Assembly (NCBI GenBank): GCA_030390025.1
Contig: CM059432.1
Location: forward strand, 77,998,001 to 78,062,000
Source of the DNA: Squalus acanthias
Taxonomy: Eukaryota
DNA: 64,000 nucleotides
Reading direction: 5' to 3'
Below, piece by piece: positions 51,134 to 62,996 of this stretch (position 1 is the stretch's first letter; every line of letters starts with the position of its first letter). Under the pieces are notes generated by a model. That model saw nothing but the letters and a program-made list of their open reading frames with translations. It was not told the DNA's origin and did not search any database. A program made the translations under genes and the position numbers.

Positions 51134-51619
51134 GTGCTATCGAGCCAATATTGGAGCCAATATTCTAATATTTGTTACTTTTCTATCATTGTAGTTCTGG
51201 AAGAGCAGTCTGACAACATCTCAGTATTTTGGAATGCCAAGCATGAAAACACTATACATACTCTCTTTTATCTAGTTAGTGAGGTCGAGAAAGTAGCAAT
51301 AGGTAAGCCAAAGTACATAGGTGAGGAGGAGCAAGTGGTAGTGCCCAATGAAAAGCATGAACCTAATGTCCAGGTGGCCACATGGCTGCCATCAGTGACA
51401 GCACCCCCCACCCCCCACGCCCCCCCCCTCCACCCCCGTACTTCAGAAATGCAGTAGTGCGGTGAAACTGGGCAGCCCTGTTGTGCTCATGTTGATACTC
51501 AGTAGAAAAGGAGATGGAAGTAGGAAAGGGCATGGCAGACATGTGCTTTTGAAAAGTATATGAACAGTTACCAGGTGCTGTGGATTCTCCATTTTTGGTG
51601 CTCCAAGTTGGCAATGAGT

Positions 51620-52210
51620 TGTTGTAACATAGAAAGATAGAAAGGGAGGGCCCGAAAAAACCATTCCAGACCAAATGGGTGGTCCCAGACTTCAAAATCA
51701 GAATACGTAGTTCACTTGCCAAATAACTGTCCAATCCGCTCTTAAAATTACTGATTTCATTAAGGTTGATCATCTCCGTAAGCAGACCATTCCAAACATT
51801 CATTATTCTCTGTTTGAAATTATACCTGATCCATTCATTCACCTTCCCTCTTCTGAGCTTCATTATCTGCCCCCCTCCTTGTTGTTCATGGGGGCCCATG
51901 GTAAAAAGCTTCTCAGGATTCAACTTGTTGACATCCTCAAAGATTTTGAATACCTCAAAAAGATCTGCTCTTAGTTTTCTCTACTTAAAACAAATTCAGT
52001 TTCTCTGGTCTCTGCTTGTAGTTATTAGTTTGATAGTAGGTATCAGATGGATAAGCCTTTGTTGCAACTTTTCTTGTGCCATGATAGTCTTCTGGTCATA
52101 TGGTGGCCAAAACTGTACACGCAAATCCAGATAGGGATGAACCAATTTCCTGTATAGGTTCATTATCACATCCTGTGATATGTATTCTAATCTATGTTAT
52201 ACAACCCTAT
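51620..52210 (-). mobile_element. Old degenerate CR1-like 3' end
   Basis: ORF 51363-51923 (..IRYNFKQRIMNVWNGL..ISNFKSGLDSYL). Confidence 0.65.
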
Positions 52211-52994
52211 GTATGATTGAACAATTAACCAACATGTGAGCACACTTATTTTTGCAACCTTCCTGAGAGCAGAAAATGTTCCTCACCTGCAAGGTTTGTG
52301 GCATAGGTGAGACAGATTTCAGTCACCTCTATTCAGGCTACTGTAGTAATGCTCCAAACTGCAGGCTGGCCCTCAGCTCCAAAAAGGGCCACCCTTCTTT
52401 GAAGGATCTCCTGTGGCAGAACCTCCAAAGCTGCTTTACTAAATGGAGCAGTTCTGATTTGCACCTTGAGTACACTGCTCCTGTACAGCATTGGGGTGAA
52501 ACATAAAATCAGGTGACTTACAACTGCACACTTCCTCTCTACAAAACCTTATTTCCTGTTGTCACTTCTTTTGTCACACATTTGTGTCAGCTGTTTCCAT
52601 TATAAATTCCCATGTCCACATTTAAAATGAAAACATTCTGGGAGTGAGTATGGAGAGCGACGGGAGAGAAGAAGTGCTAGGAAAAGGAGGAGGTAATGGG
52701 AAGACAAAGGAGTAGGGGATATGATTGGGAGTGAGGGGGTGGGGGAAAGAAGTGATGGGAGAGGGGATGGGAAAGCAGCCATTGAACGTCACATTTTTCC
52801 CACAACTCCCATCCCAAATGCAACCTCTGATGCCTCCTTTTCCTGCCCCACCACCTCCCACCCAAAAGGATGGAAGAAAAAGATAGAAAGAGAAGAGGAA
52901 AGAGAAAGAAAGAAAAAGAGTATAGAAGAGAGAAGCAGAATAGAACAGAAAGAGAGAAACAACAATATGAAGACAACATAGAGACAGAGATCAT

Positions 52995-53176
52995 GGGCTG
53001 AACTTTCAACTTTGGTGGGGGCGTAAAACAGGAGGTATCAGATCAGCTGCCCATTATAAACCCTGCCTGAATTTCCTTCCAATGATTTCACTGGAAAGGA
53101 AAATCAGGCAAGGTGTATAATGGGTGGCCAATTGTTGCCCGTTCTACACGCCTGCCAAAGTTGAAAGTTCTAGAGC
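52995..53176. mobile_element. Short palindromic MITE
   Basis: gaactttcaactttgg ... ccaaagttgaaagttc TIRs; the whole element folds back, with central gcctgaatttccttcca / tggaaaggaaaatcaggc; partial relative at ~37786-37890. Confidence 0.75.
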
Positions 53177-53619
53177 ATATTATCCAATTTATCATGTGCA
53201 ACACCATGGGAGATCCAATAGTATTTTCCAAGATGTTACTGATTTGATATTCTATCTTTCTGCCTGTATAAATGATTTTAATAATTATCTATGTATTTCT
53301 CTTGTTCGTTATCACATATAATAGTACCTGAAATTAGTTTTAAAAATAAAACCCAACAGATGCTAATGACTTTATACTGTTGCAAAGTGACAGATTTGTT
53401 CACACCTCCATCTGCCCCCAGGCTGGTGCTTCTTTCCCAGAGGCTGCAATCTCAATCAACATTTGTATTCAGGTTTTCCTTAGAGAATGTACAGTATTGG
53501 GGTGAAACATACAATCGACACACTTCCTCGCTACAAAACCTTACTTCCTGTTGTAGAAGAAGAAGAAATAACTAATTTGCTGATGAGGTAACCCCCCACA
53601 TTACACAAAATAGAAAGGG

Positions 53620-53947
53620 AAGATTACATAGGATATATGGCACAGAAACAGGCCATTCGGCCCAACCAGTCCATGCTGGCGTTTATGCTCCACTCGAGCC
53701 TCCTCCCGTCTTTCCTCATCTAAATCTATCAGCGTAACCCTCTATTCCCTTCTCCCTCATATGCTTGTCCAGCCTCCACTTAAATGCATCTATACTATTC
53801 GCTTCAACCACTCCCTGTGGTAGCGAGTTCCACGTTCTCACCACTCTTTGGGTAAAGAAATTTCTTCTGAATTCCCTATTGGATTTCTTGGCGACTATCT
53901 TATATTGATGGCCTCCAGTTATGCTCTTCCCCACAAGTGGAAACATT
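53620..53947 (-). mobile_element. CR1 LINE 3' end
   Basis: ORF 53716-53946 MFPLVGKSITGGHQYKIV..RRNFFTQRVV. Confidence 0.88.
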
Positions 53948-54590
53948 GGGCAGAATTTTCATTGACCCGTGGAGGCGGGTTTGGAGGCGTGTGGGGTGGG
54001 AAAATAGCAGATTCGGGGGTCCCGAACCCATCCCACCCCCAACCCGCCTCCATGCCAGTTTCGCTGGAGGCGGGTAGTCGACCTGTGCTGGGAGCCGCCT
54101 CCCCGAGGCGGGAAGGGGATTAGTGACAATTAACTGCCTGTTAACAGGCAGTTTGTTGCCTAATCCCTATTTTTAGCCCTGAAGTGTGGGCTACCCGACG
54201 GCTCCAAACCACGCCGTTTTAGCGAGGCAGACCGTGGGTCTGCAGGGGTTGGAGGGGTCGATATGTCCGGTGGGCAGGTGAGTGATGGGTGCATGTGTGC
54301 AGAGGTAAGTGTGTAAGGTAAGTGTAGAGTGTGGAAAAAAGTTTTACTTACCTTAACTTCCTCCTGCAGGTGTCAGCCCTTCAGGTCTCGGGAGTCAGAA
54401 ATCTCACCGGCACAGAAAGCAGAATGACCGTTGAGCTGTCAAAAGCTGCAGCCTCTGCTTTTTGTTCTGCAGAGAGCTCTAAATCAGCCTGAGAGGAAGG
54501 AATTAACTTAGAGGACAGATTGTCAGTGTTTGACAGCTTCAAGGAGCTGTCAAACGCTGATATTTCATCTGTCAAAAGCTCTTGACAGAT
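53948..54590 (+). mobile_element. Truncated non-autonomous TIR element (family D)
   Basis: Begins ATT|gggcagaattttc exactly where the CR1 stops; GC-rich subterminal inverted repeats (ggaggcgggttt / aacccgcctcc); hairpin aactgcctgttaacaggcagtt; repeated ctgtcaaa/tttgacag motifs; right TIR not found. Confidence 0.6.
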
Positions 54591-55630
54591 GAAGAAACTA
54601 CGCCATGTTCTTCGCAGCCTTCAACATGTCATCGATGACGACGAACACCTCGCTAAGGCCATCCCCACGCCTCCACTACTTGCCTTCAAACAGCCGCCTA
54701 ACCTCAGAAGTACCATCGTTCGCAGCAAATTACCCAGCTTTCAGGATAACAGCGACCACGACACCACACAACCCTGCCACGGCAACCTCTGCAAGACATG
54801 CCAGATCATCAACACAGATACCATCATCACACGTGAGGACACTACCCACCAGGTACATGGTACATACTCATGTGACTCGGCCAACGTTGTCTACCTCATA
54901 CGTTGCAGGAAAGAATGCACCGCGGCATGGTACATCGGCAAGACCATGCAGACACTGAGACAACGTATGAACGGACACCGCGCAACAATCACCAGGCAGG
55001 AGTGTTCCCTCCCAGTCGGGGAACACTTCAGCAGTCAAGGACATTCAGCCTCGGATCTGCGGGTAAGCGTTCTCCAAGGCGGCCTTAGGAACACAAGACA
55101 ACGCAAAATCATCGAGCAGAAACTGATAGCCAAGTTCCGCACTCATGAGGACGGTCTCAACCGGGATCTTGGGTTTATGTCACGATACATGACGTGATCC
55201 GGACTCGAGTCGTCGTTGGCTTGTTCACAGATGTGATTCCCAGTAAAAAAGTAAAAATTTTAAAGTTTATCGTTTTACATACAGACTGCAGCTTTTGACA
55301 CGTTAGACCCCCTGTGACTCCACCTCATTGTCTCAGTTGTATCTTGCTATGTCTTTGATGTAGTAAGTTCCTGGCTGACCTGATTGCCTTTTGTCACACC
55401 TCGGCAGATAAACAGTCAGGATGATTAAATTTAGTTGTCTGCCATTGTAAGGTACACATGCATTGTTCTCTATCTATATATGCTTTGGCGATTCTGTATC
55501 TCTTTACTTCACCCGACAAAGGAGCAGTAACTCCGAAAGCTTGTGATTTCAAATAAAACTGTTGGACTATAACCTGGTGTTGTGCGACTTCTCAATTTTG
55601 TCCACCCCAGTCCAACACCGGCATCTCCGC
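54589..55630 (+). mobile_element. Penelope-like element (second family): open GIY-YIG C-terminal ORF 54589-55197 plus terminal repeat
   Basis: PLLAFKQPPNL, PCHGNLCKTC, CDSANVVYLIRC..WYIGKT..LRQRMNGH, PVGEHFS, GLNRD; AATAAA at ~55552. Confidence 0.88.
55509..55546 (+). ncRNA. Minimal hammerhead motif with mutated core
   Basis: TCAC-CCGACAA-A-GGAG(cagtaa)CTCC-GAAA-GC-TT-GTGA; core differs from CTGANGA at two positions. Confidence 0.6.
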
Positions 55631-56857
55631 ATCGTAAAGAGAAAAGGAAGAGAGAGGTTAGAGGGAGAAACAAAAAAATCACAAAATGTATCAGCAACTT
55701 CAGTGGAAATGTTAATGATTTCTGAAACATTTATATGTTCAGTAGAGAAATTATCTTTGTTATTGAATGAACTTATAAAACTTTGTGGTGGAAAATTTGT
55801 TACGCTGTGCAGCAAATTGGATTTTCCAAGGGTTACCTGAGCAAAATCTCATATTATAATATTAGGCTACTGTAGATTCAGTATTTTTACTCAAAAATGA
55901 ACCAGCGCCCTGAAAGCTCATTTAGGATCACATGATGTTTTGAGATGAGATGTTATACAGAGGTTGGATTGTTATGTACAGTCTCAAACATTTCAGTGAG
56001 AAGATCACTGTGTGATACCCGAGGGTCCAAGCTTCATTCAATTCCATTTGCACAGCAAGGACCTTAGCTAAAGCAGTTGCTTGGGAGCCACCTGCTCATA
56101 CATCAAAGGGTAGGCATTCACCTCAGGGTTATAACTATGATTGATAGCTCAGTGGGCCAAGTGATTGCGTGGGGGGGGGGGGGGGGTGGTGTAGGCGGGG
56201 GGAGGCAGATCTGGGAATCCATAGAGGGGGGGTCTGTGTTCTCACAGCCTCAGCAAAAAGCTGCCATTTTTAAAAAAAGACTGGACCAACTTAGCTTCAG
56301 TACCTTAACTAGAGTGTATCAGGCAATAAACAAAGATTTTAATAATTTGCATCTTTAATGTTTTTCATAACTGAGAAGCATAAGGAAATTGATTGTACTC
56401 ACTGCGCAAATGGTGTACTGTTCATTCCTGTATTTTATATAAATAAATCAGTTTATGGTTTGCAACTGTGCCTCATTCTGGTAAAGTGCTTTTTCAGCCC
56501 ACCTTCCATAAAGAGAGGAGGATTCATATGGTGGCACGTAATACACTTCAGTAGCGAGTACATGAAGCGAGGGTTCTCTGTTACAATTCTTGGGCCATGT
56601 TATTGTTCAAATAGATAATGGCCAGAAAAGCTTCAATCGGGATCGTAGGGAACCTGCGGTCCACTTATGGGAGTGACCAGGGATACTGAACCTGAAAGAT
56701 TAGCACAAAACTGAAAAAGTGACACCCTAAGAGAATAATTAGAGAGTCAGGGAATTATCTCTTAAAATGCCCAGATACTAGTTAACATGGAATACATTTT
56801 GTGTTTCTGTTGCAGTTCATTTAGAATGTGACACCAAGTCAAATTCTGTGTCACAAT

Positions 56858-56966
56858 GAGGTCAGGATTTCCACTTCTGCGCTCGCAAACCTACAATTTT
56901 CCGCTCGTTAAAGTGAATGGGCGGAAAATCGTGGGCTGGTGAGCACAGAAGCGGAAAATCCAGCCC
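56858..56966. mobile_element. Short palindromic MITE
   Basis: ggatttccacttctgcgctc...attttccgctc / gggcggaaaat...gagcacagaagcggaaaatcc fold-back. Confidence 0.65.
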
Positions 56967-58734
56967 TAAATGTCATTTATTAGAATTTTGTCCCCTAAAA
57001 TGGCAATAATTTCAGATATGTTTCAAATTTGTAAATTAAACTTTCTTTTGCTGTATTTGCTGTAAAGTTAAAATCAAGTCAAATTACATTGTTTGCTAAT
57101 AGTGATACAGAATAGTGTCACTGCAAATTGGGTTAGGCTATATTTCAGCCATCCCTGGCAACCGCTTAAAACAGGCATATTAGGTCCCTTCCATATATAA
57201 ATGAGGGGCCTAACACCTATTTCAGACCCCCTCTGTGAAATTGGATTCCGATGATCGAGGTTGATAACATCAATCATTTTAAGAGAGAATTTTAAGAGGC
57301 ATTTGGTGAGAATATCAATTAAATAATTTTCACAACGGTATATTAACTTTTGGAAATAACCTATGTACTCGTACAAAACATTTCAAAGTTCCGTTGGGAT
57401 CATTCCTTCCAGGTACTTTTCCAAACATAAAACCTTATGATGTAACTAAGTTCAAAATACTGAGAATGCAAACTGTGGAGCTGGCACAGAAACATTTTTA
57501 ATTCTATGTTGTATCTATAAAATACATCTGTTCCCTTCATCTTACATTTGTTAGTGCTTTGCCACACAGGAACAGTAGAAAGACTTACATTTACAGATGT
57601 TTACACATAGATGTCATTCTGTTCTTTGCTGTTGAAGAGAAAACATGCATAAACTTAATTAATATATTCACTGTATATTGTATTTTTAATCTGCCATTTA
57701 GTCTATGGAACACTGTTAGATCTAATCATGTTTAAGATCTACTTAGATTTTGCTTACAGTGGAACTAAGGAAAACCAATGTAAATTCTTTTAGTGTGTTT
57801 TATAAATTTTAGGCACAGAGATAGCAAACCTAAGTAACCGTTTAACATTTTAGAGTTAAAATTGTTGTGGTAGAAAAGAGGCTGCTTTTCTCCACACCCA
57901 TTCTGGGATCTCATCTAGATCACAAGATTTGTTAATCTTAATCCTCCTCCAGGCAATGTTTAGAGCTAAAAGAGATAGCACAAATCTGTCCGGCACTTCA
58001 TAATGAGACCGCATATCACTTCTTAAGGGAGGTGAGTTATTTGTTACATTTCTGGGACTGATGTTTTTACATTAGGTTATCTTCCTTTTGCCACAGCCCA
58101 CAAGGGCATTTCTAACCTTTCTGCATCTGTACCTCACCAGGAAAAAGTTCGGATTTTTCACAATTTGGTTTTTCAATGCACTAATGACAAGGTTTGTTTA
58201 GTCCCATTTCTGCAGTGGATTTATACGTAGATTAAGTGTAATTACAAAGTTATAAGGTGGGGAATTCTGAAAGTTGCAAATAAATCAAATGAAAAAAAAC
58301 TTCAGAGTGATAAGGATGCAGGCTCACACTACTTCATTGCTGCATTTACTACGCTCCCACAGGTAGACCATCAGTGGAAAAGAGCCCCAGCATGTAGCCT
58401 TGGAAATGAGGAAAAATATCAATGTAGCAAAGAAGAAAGTCACCCAGGTATTCTTTCTTTTTTTAATCTGACCGACATTTGTCTTCTTCATTGATGCTTC
58501 TTGATTTCCCTGCTTTTAAATGTTTTTATTATTCTTAATCTCATTTTAATAAAATGGTGTATGGTACAGCAAAACCTAAAGAAGGAATGAAAAGAATGAA
58601 AGCAGACATACCTTAGCACTAATTCGCAGGTCTGTGCATAGACCAAGAGAGAGGCAGACACAGTGGGATTTGCACCCACCTGACTGGATAAGTGCTGACC
58701 ATGCAGGAAGTTCCAGGGTTAGCCTAATTATAAT

Positions 58735-58875
58735 GGGGTGAATTTCCAATGAGGTTCTCCGGATCGACCGCCATAACTTCGGCAGAAGGTAGGTGGAAAC
58801 TCCATTTACACGTGTAACAGAGTTTCTACCAAAGTTTCAGCAGCCAATTAGGAGACCTCCAGTGAAATTGCTAGC
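58735..58875. mobile_element. Short degenerate palindromic MITE
   Basis: AAT|ggggtgaatttcc start; gaggttctcc / ggagacctc and ggtggaaactc / gagtttctacc inverted pairs around ttacacgtgtaa. Confidence 0.5.
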
Positions 58876-59299
58876 AAACAATCTAAACAAATCCCGGTCC
58901 CATATTGGGCCTTTTCATAGGTTGCTTGGGGCAATACAGTGGCTGGCACAATAAACTTGGAGGTGAGAAACTTAGTCTGGAGCTGGCAGCAGTGGAATTT
59001 CCGTTTGATGGCTGGAAAAGTGGAGTTATTGCTAAATGAGGCAACTGCCCCCTCCTCAGAGGACATCAGGGCAGTATTCCTGACAGTAGACATGGAAGAA
59101 GCTGGCAAGTTAGGACTGCACAACGGTTCCATTTTTCTAGTACATATCCTTCGTATGCATACCACAAGGTGTTGCTGGACAAACTGTTTCACATTTACTG
59201 CTAGCCCATGCCAAGCCCTCACACAACCATACAGCTTTTTCACTGCTAACCATGCATATCCATACAGTGCACTTTACAGCTGTCAGAGTCCTCCCCAGT

Positions 59300-59512
59300 G
59301 TCATGGCCAATATTTCAACCAACATCACTAAAGCAGATTATCTTGTCATTGTCATGTTGCTGTTTGTGGGACCTTGCTGTGTGCAAATTGGCTGCGTGTT
59401 TCCTACATTGCAACAGTGACTATACTTCAAAAGTACTTAATTAGCTATAAAGCGCTTTGGGACATCCTGAGGTCGTGAAAGTGCATATATAAATAAATAT
59501 AAGTCTTTTTTT
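59300..59512 (+). mobile_element. DeuSINE-like 3' half
   Basis: tggccaatatt..cagattatct..gctgtttgtggga..aagcgctttgggac..gtcgtgaaag matches the other copies. Confidence 0.85.
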
Positions 59513-59596
59513 TCTGTAACTTACAATTGACAGCCTTGATGCACTCACATCATCAAAGGCTCCACTCATAAAGACACTGTACACAATCTAGTTACA

Positions 59597-59962
59597 TAAT
59601 AGGGCTTGATAGGGTGGATGCGGGGAGGATGTTTCCACTGATGGGTGAGACTAGAACTAGGGGGTATAATCTTAGAATAAGGGGCTGCCGTTTCAAAACT
59701 GAGATGAGGAGAAACTTCTTCACTCAGAGGGTAGTAAATCTATGGAATTTGCTACCTCAGAGAGCTGTGGAAGCTGCGACATTAAATAAATTTAAAACGG
59801 AGATAGACAGTTTCCTAGCTGATAAGGGAATTAAGGGTTATGGGGAGCGGGCAGGGAAGTGGACATGAGTCTAGGTTCGGATCAGCCATGATCCTATTGA
59901 ATGGCGGAGCAGGCCCGAAGGGTCGTATGGCCTACTCCTGCTTCTACTTCTTATGTTCTTAT
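59597..59962 (+). mobile_element. CR1 LINE 3' end
   Basis: ORF 59614-59868 and ttcttatgttctt tail. Confidence 0.9.
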
Positions 59963-60004
59963 AATGCATGGTCATTTAATGAGACTCACGATGGACAGCA
60001 GCTT

Positions 60005-60444
60005 CAGCACACGCCTCTAAATCAGAAGGTTGTGGGTTCAAGTCCCACTCCAGGGACTTGAGCACAAAAATCTAGGCTGACACTCCAGTGCAGTGCTGAG
60101 GGAGTGCTGCACTGTTGGAGGTGCCGTCTTTCGGATCAGACGTTAAACCGAGGCCCCGTCTGCTTTCTCAAGTGGACGTAAAAGATCCCATGGCACTATT
60201 TCGAAGAAGAGCAGGGGAGTTATCCCCGGTGTCCTGGCCAGTATTTATCCCTGAATCAACATAACAAAGAACAGATTATCTGGTCATTATCACATTGCTG
60301 TTTGTGGGAGCTTGCTGTACGCACATTAGCTGCCGCATTTCCCACATTACAACAGTGACTACACGTCAATAGTACTTCATTGGCTGTAAAGCGCTTTGAG
60401 ATGTCCGGCGGTCGTGAAAGGCGCTATATACATCCAAGTCTTTC
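60005..60444 (+). mobile_element. DeuSINE-like SINE (5' end slightly truncated)
   Basis: B box ggttcaagtccc; body and tail as in 22111-22585. Confidence 0.9.
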
Positions 60445-62996
60445 ATAGAGTCATAACGGCACAGAAGTGGCCATTCGGCCCATCGAGTCCGTGCCGGCTC
60501 TCTGCAGAACAATCGAGTCAGTCCCATTCCCCCGCTCTATCCCCGTAGCCCTGCAAGTTTATTTCCCTCAAGTGCCTATCCAGTCTCCCCTTGAAAATAT
60601 TGAGTGTCTCCGCTTCCACCACTTCCGTCGGCAGCGAGTTCCAGGTCCTCACCACTCGCTGCGTAAAAAAGTTTTTCCTCACATCCCCCCTGTATCTCTT
60701 TCCCAAAACCTTAAATCTGTGTCCCCTAGTCCTTGTACCATCAACTAGTGGGAACAGCCTTTCCCCGTCTAGCCTATCCAAACCCGTCATAATCTTGTAC
60801 ACCTCTATCAAATCACCCCTCAACCTCCTTTGCTCTAATGAAAACAAATCCAGCTTCTCCAACCTGTCCTTGTAGCTAAGATCCCCCATCCCCAGAACCC
60901 TTCTGGTAAATCTCCTCTGCACCCTCTCAAGTGCCTTCACATCCTTCCTAAAGTGTAGTGACCAAGACTGGACGCAATACTCCAGTTGTGGCCTAACCAG
61001 CGCTTTATAAAGATTCAGCATAACTTCTCTACTTTTGTACTCAATACCTCTATTTATGAAACCCAAGATCCCATATGCTTTGTTAACCACTCTCTCAATA
61101 TGTCCTGCCACCTTCAGGGACCTATGCACATTAACTCCCAGGTCCCTCTGTCCCTGCACACTCTTTAAAACTGTGCCATTAAGTGTATATTGCCTCTCCC
61201 TCTTCCTTCTGCCAAAATACATCACCTCACACTTCTCTGTATTAAATTCCATCTGCCACTTGTCTGCCCATTCTGCTAGCCTTTCTATGTCCTGTTGCAG
61301 TCGATTGGTATCATCTTCACTGTTTGCCACACCCCCAAGTTTGGTGTAATCGGCAAATTTAGAAATTCTACTTTGTATTCCAATATCCAGGTCATTTATA
61401 TTTATCAAAAAAAGCAGTGGCCCCAGCACTGACCCTTGGGGAACACCACTGTCTACCATCCTCCAGTCTGAAAAATAGCCATTTACCACAACTCGCTGTT
61501 TTATGTCCTTAAGCTAATTCCTTATCCAAGCTGCCACTGACCCACCTATTCCATGAGCCTCAATTTTATTAACCAGTCTTCTATGTGGTACTTTGTCAAA
61601 CGCCTTCCGAAAATCCATGTAGACAACATCCATTGCATTCCCTTCATCGATCCTCCCTGTTATTTCATCAAAAAATTAAATTAGATTAGTGAAACATGAT
61701 CTGCCTTTTACAAATCCGTGTTGGCGCTCCTTAATTAGCTTAAACCTCTCCAAGTGCCTGTTAATTTTTTCCTTGATTATTGTTTCTAAAACTTTACCCA
61801 CCACTGATGTTAAACTGACCGGCCTGTAGTTACTAGGATTGTCCTTACACCCTTTCTTGAACAATGGTGTCACATTTGCCACTTTCCAATCCTTAGGCAC
61901 CTCCCCCGCATCTAGGGAAGATTGGAAAATTATGGCAAGACCTTCCGCTATCTCCCCCCCCAATTCCCTTAGCAATCTGGGATGCTAGCCATCTGGACGA
62001 GGCGACTTATCCACTCTAAGCATACCCAGCCTTTCTAGTACATCCTGTCTATCAATTTTCACCCCTTCTATTTCTTCTACCTTTTCCACTTCTACCGATA
62101 TTTTGTCAGCATACGCCTCCTTAGTAAACACCGATACAAAGTACTCATTGAGTATTCTAGCTTTGCCCTGCACCTCTAAGCATATAACACCTTCTTTGTC
62201 GCTAATAGGCTCCACCCCGCCTCTTACTACCCGCTTACTGTTTACATGCCAGTAGAAGATTTTTGGGTTCCCTTTTATGTTATCTGCCATTCTGCTCTCA
62301 TATTCTCTCTTTGCCAATCTTATTTTCATCTTCACTTCCCCTCTCAACTTATTGTATTTGATCTGGTTCTCCCTTGAAGAATTCACCTGACATGCATCAT
62401 ACACCCTCTTTTTTTGTTTCATCATCTTCTCTATCTCCCTCATCATCTTGCTTTGGTTCCCTTACCCTTCCCTCTTGTTGGAATGTACCTAGCCTGTAAT
62501 TGGAACATCTCCCTCTTAAAGATCATCCATTGTTCCGTTACAGTTTTTCCTGTCAATCTTTGGTTCCATTTTACCCTGGCTAGATTCTTTCGCATCCCAT
62601 TGAAGTTAGCCCTATTCCAGTTTAGAAGTTCCATTCTAGATTGTTCCTTGCTCCTCTCCATTGCTAATCTAAATCTTATGATATGATGATCACTCATACC
62701 CAAGTGTTCTCCCACAGACACTTGGTCGACCTGGCCCACCTCATTCCCCAGCACCAGATCCAGCAATGCCTCCTTCCTAGTTTGGCCAAGAACATAGTGG
62801 TCAAGGAAATTCTCCCGAACACATTTCAGAAATTTCTCCCCCTCCTTTCCATTTACCCTAGCATTATCCCAATCGATATTTGGGTAATTAAAGTCCCCCA
62901 ATATCACCACTCTATAGCTCTTGCATATCTCTGCGATTTCCCTGCAAATTTGCTCCTCTACCTCCCTCTCACTATTTGGAGGCCTATAGAATACCC
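60445..62996 (-). mobile_element. Long CR1 LINE ORF2 (end of AP-endonuclease, RT, C-terminus, tail) broken by several stops/frameshifts
   Basis: ORFs 62443-62910 (VILGDFNYPNIDW, LLDLVL, SDH), 61985-62446, 61676-61975, 60518-61489. Confidence 0.95.
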
